Shown here piece after piece: positions 61,365 through 64,000 of a DNA stretch of 64,000 nt. The position numbers and the translations under genes were made by a program. Each line of letters begins with the position of its first letter. Within the stretch, counting starts at the first letter, position 1. Origin of the DNA: Escherichia phage a48; the sequence record OQ067375.1, one strand, 5' to 3'. The notes below the pieces were generated by a model. The model was not told the DNA's origin, searched no databases, and was given only the letters and a program-made list of their open reading frames with translations.

Positions 61365-61619
61365 CTATTTTATTTCCTCAAGTTCGTTAATCAATAAAAG
61401 TTCTCTGACGCTAAAAACAAAGAAAAATGTGTTCCCATCAACCAGAGCATGACCGCTAATAGAACACCCTCTGCGGAATTTAGAAACTTCACAATCTAGA
61501 ACTGTAAAGGGTTTTAATCCTATGACTTTAGCTGTGCGTCTATTCAGTTCACAACCACTTGCGAATTTTTCCAAATCTTCTTCTGATTTAAACTGATATT
61601 CTCTATTAACTAGCATCAT
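61365..61619 (-). CDS. hypothetical protein
   Basis: 84-aa ORF; early promoter upstream. Confidence 0.45.
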   Translation of the reverse strand: MMLVNREYQFKSEEDLEKFASGCELNRRTAKVIGLKPFTVLDCEVSKFRRGCSISGHALVDGNTFFFVFSVRELLLINELEEIK

Positions 61620-61650
61620 TTTCTTTTCTCCGCGATTAGCTGATAGAATT

Positions 61651-61680
61651 ACTATAACACAACTCTATCAGCTTGTAAAC
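61651..61680 (-). promoter_or_regulatory. T-even early-type promoter
   Basis: -35 GTTTAC (61680..61675), 18-bp spacer, -10 TATAGT (61656..61651). Confidence 0.5.
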
Positions 61681-61682
61681 TA

Positions 61683-61925
61683 CTATTTTACTAGCATCAA
61701 TAACTGTTTCTCTAGCTTAACGATCTTACGAAAGTATCTTTTGCATTGACGAATCTGCCGTTTCGTAGGACGTACAACAAACTTAATAAATTCCACTCGA
61801 CCAAATGGAGGGCTTTCTTCTGCTGGAATATCTAACACCAATTCCCATGTATCCGCAATAAGTGCTTTGAATTGAGTATTTTTCCTGACGTTATACGGAG
61901 TAGGTTTAAATAAAACAATATGCAT
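61683..61925 (-). CDS. hypothetical basic protein
   Basis: 80-aa ORF. Confidence 0.45.
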   Translation of the reverse strand: MHIVLFKPTPYNVRKNTQFKALIADTWELVLDIPAEESPPFGRVEFIKFVVRPTKRQIRQCKRYFRKIVKLEKQLLMLVK

Positions 61926-61926
61926 A

Positions 61927-62109
61927 TTATCCTCGGCAATCTACTTCACATACTTTCTTGTCATCAATGAAAGCTTTAACTAATGCTTTATTAACTTCAG
62001 CATATTGAGTAGTAGCCCATTGAACGTCATCTTTCATCATTGTGATTTCTTTAGTAAACATGCTTTCATTCTTAAACCACCCCATAAAAACTACCTTTAC
62101 TAATTCCAT
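61927..62109 (-). CDS. dmd: Dmd-like antitoxin (61.5 position)
   Basis: 60-aa ORF immediately downstream of gene 41 and early promoter; size and position as recalled for T4 Dmd. Confidence 0.55.
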   Translation of the reverse strand: MELVKVVFMGWFKNESMFTKEITMMKDDVQWATTQYAEVNKALVKAFIDDKKVCEVDCRG

Positions 62110-62138
62110 AACAATCTCCTCATTTAACCAACAAGACT

Positions 62139-62168
62139 ACTATACCATAGTCTTGTCAGCTTGTAAAC
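62139..62168 (-). promoter_or_regulatory. T-even early-type promoter
   Basis: -35 GTTTAC (62168..62163), 18-bp spacer, -10 TATAGT (62144..62139). Confidence 0.5.
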
Positions 62169-63595
62169 TAAAATTTTAATTCATTTGCCAAAGCATCTAA
62201 CTGAGCTCGAGTGGATTCATTTCTTTGATAGCGATTCTGCTCAGCCTGAATCTGTTGTGAACCTGCTACTTCACTCACTTCAGTTGGAGTAGAATCTTGT
62301 TCAATTTCTACCCATTTTTGATTTCCTTTTTGAACACCCATCAAAAACTTATTCCACTTATTCTTATCACCATATCGTGATTTGATTTGCTTAATAAGTT
62401 GTTGTTCAGCAGCTGCTAGCTCCTCGGTTTCAATGACCGCAAGCATAAAATCAGCTGTTGCTGGAAGACCAGCAGATTCTGCAATATCGCTCATGTTAAC
62501 ATCGGAAGAATCCCAAGCCTGTTTACCAACCTGAGCTGCAGTCCAAAGAACAGTTTCGGTTTCAACAGCCAGAGCACGCAATTCCTCTGCGATAGCTTTA
62601 ACAGTTGTGTAACTATTTTCTGAATAAACTCTAATGCGGCAAGATTTACAAATACCTAGATAGTCGACAATAATGATTGTTGGAACAAAATTCTTCTTGA
62701 GCTTTAATTCATTTAAAAGTGATCGAAATGTATTAGCGTCTGCTCCACCAGTAGGATATTGCTTAACGATTAAACGACCAAGGGTAGATTTCTCACGCCA
62801 TTTTTCCATTTTTCCTTTATACTCAGCGTAAGAAATATGTCCATCATCAATATCGTCAAGAGAAACATCGAGCATGTTAGCATCAATACGTTTAGCACAG
62901 ACTTCTTCTGCCATTTCCATGGAGATATAAAGAACGTTATGACCAAGCTGCAAATAATCTGCTGCTAATGAACAAAGTCCTAATGATTTACCAACGTTAA
63001 CGCCAGCCATTAAAACGTTCAGTGTTCCAGTCTCAGCTCCGCCTTTAGTAATTTTGTTTAGAATTCTGAGTTTAAATGGAACCTTACGAGCTTTATTCAT
63101 ATAAGATAGCCAACGCGCTTCATAGTCATCCATCCAATCATGACCAACGTAGCTATCAAATGAAATTGATAATGCTTGGCGCATGATGTCAGGAATAGCA
63201 CCTACATCTGGCATTTTCTTATTTCGTTTTTCCGGAGGAAGCTCAGCATTAGTTTGAATTTCGATTATTTTAGACGTAGCATTAAACATCGCCCTTTGTT
63301 GAACATATTTTTCTGTTTCTTTTACTAACCAGCTGTGGTCTTCTGGAGAATCAGCCAGTTTTGAAATAAGTGTTTTTACACCAGAATATTCTGTTTCAGT
63401 AAATGAACTATTTTCTAATGCAACATTTAACGCATTAATAGATGGAACGCTATGATACTCATTAACATGAGATTTAATTAATTTGAATGTATTTTTAGCT
63501 GGACCACTTTCAAAATATTCTGAATCCATATATGGCCAAACTTTTGAAAAATAAGCTTGATCAAATATAAGATGAGAAAGAATAATTTCTACCAC
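62168..63595 (-). CDS. 41: gp41 replicative DNA helicase (DnaB-like)
   Basis: 475-aa ORF MVEIILSHLIFDQAYFSKVWPYMDSEYFESGPAKNTF... with Walker A GVNVGKS. Confidence 0.95.
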   Translation of the reverse strand: MVEIILSHLIFDQAYFSKVWPYMDSEYFESGPAKNTFKLIKSHVNEYHSVPSINALNVALENSSFTETEYSGVKTLISKLADSPEDHSWLVKETEKYVQQRAMFNATSKIIEIQTNAELPPEKRNKKMPDVGAIPDIMRQALSISFDSYVGHDWMDDYEARWLSYMNKARKVPFKLRILNKITKGGAETGTLNVLMAGVNVGKSLGLCSLAADYLQLGHNVLYISMEMAEEVCAKRIDANMLDVSLDDIDDGHISYAEYKGKMEKWREKSTLGRLIVKQYPTGGADANTFRSLLNELKLKKNFVPTIIIVDYLGICKSCRIRVYSENSYTTVKAIAEELRALAVETETVLWTAAQVGKQAWDSSDVNMSDIAESAGLPATADFMLAVIETEELAAAEQQLIKQIKSRYGDKNKWNKFLMGVQKGNQKWVEIEQDSTPTEVSEVAGSQQIQAEQNRYQRNESTRAQLDALANELKF

Positions 63596-63604
63596 ACTTA
63601 CTCC

Positions 63605-63943
63605 TTAAAAGAATTTAAACTTTTTCTTTGACCTTTTATTAAATGCATCTTGTAGTTGCATTGTAATACATTTTTCTACATGAGGAGCTAACTCAGCTTT
63701 TCTTTCTTGGTCAAGAACAGCAAAGTCCATTACGACTTTTCCATCAACCCAATCTAATTTTGTCACATACACAATGTGTGTAGAACCATCTTCTAGTTTA
63801 ATGACAATCTCCTGGATAACATTTTCCATAGCGGATTTAATTATCTTAAGAGACTCATTAAAAAGACGTTCTTTTCTTTCTTCTTCCCCCTCCGAAGAGG
63901 GGGATTCATCGATAATTTCTAAATCTAAATCATCTTTACTCAT
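63605..63943 (-). CDS. 40: gp40-like protein
   Basis: Track ORF trimmed to ATG 63943..63941 (MSKDDLDLEIIDES...), which sits inside the last codons of uvsX; position between uvsX and 41. Confidence 0.6.
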   Translation of the reverse strand: MSKDDLDLEIIDESPSSEGEEERKERLFNESLKIIKSAMENVIQEIVIKLEDGSTHIVYVTKLDWVDGKVVMDFAVLDQERKAELAPHVEKCITMQLQDAFNKRSKKKFKFF

Positions 63944-64000
63944 TAAATTCTTCCATATCACTTAACTGCTCGAGGTCAGTTTCTAAATCAGCTGCTGATT
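63936..64000 (-). CDS. uvsX: UvsX recombinase, 3' end only (5' end beyond window)
   Basis: Minus frame open from window end, encoding ...ISADLETDLEQLSDMEEFNE then TAA at 63938..63936. Confidence 0.7.
   Translation of the reverse strand, partial: SAADLETDLEQLSDMEEFNE

Overview
This window is a contiguous segment of a T-even (T4-like) myovirus genome; the identification rests on gene order and protein sequences recalled from T4, not on any database search. Minus-strand early and middle genes run from the gene 30.2-30.3 region through rIII, 31, cd, pseT, alc, rnlA, denA, nrdB, mobE-like HNH, nrdA, td (split by a 1016-nt group I intron carrying I-TevI), frd, 32, 59, 33, dsbA and rnh. The plus-strand late tail-fibre operon follows (34, 35, 36, 37, 38, holin t). 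Minus-strand genes then resume: asiA, arn, motA, 52, ac-like, stp, ndd, denB, rIIB, rIIA, an unsplit gene 39, dexA, dda, srd-like, modA, modB, soc, 56, 61, sp, dmd-like, 41, 40 and the 3' end of uvsX. Fourteen early promoters share one architecture (GTTTAC, 18-bp spacer, TAnnnT), and there are several TATAAATA late promoters and GC-rich tetraloop terminators. The phage is not T4 itself: gene 39 is unsplit, gp38 is a 260-aa glycine-rich adhesin, nrdB has no intron, and dam is absent between 56 and 61. I found no complete undescribed system. The best candidates for follow-up are a 115-aa ORF inserted between frd and td (which overlap in T4), a GC-rich 350-bp noncoding island next to rIII, the remodelled 56-61 junction, and several clusters of tiny membrane-peptide ORFs below the ORF-track cut-off. 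ORFs labelled hypothetical were assigned by position and coding context only.
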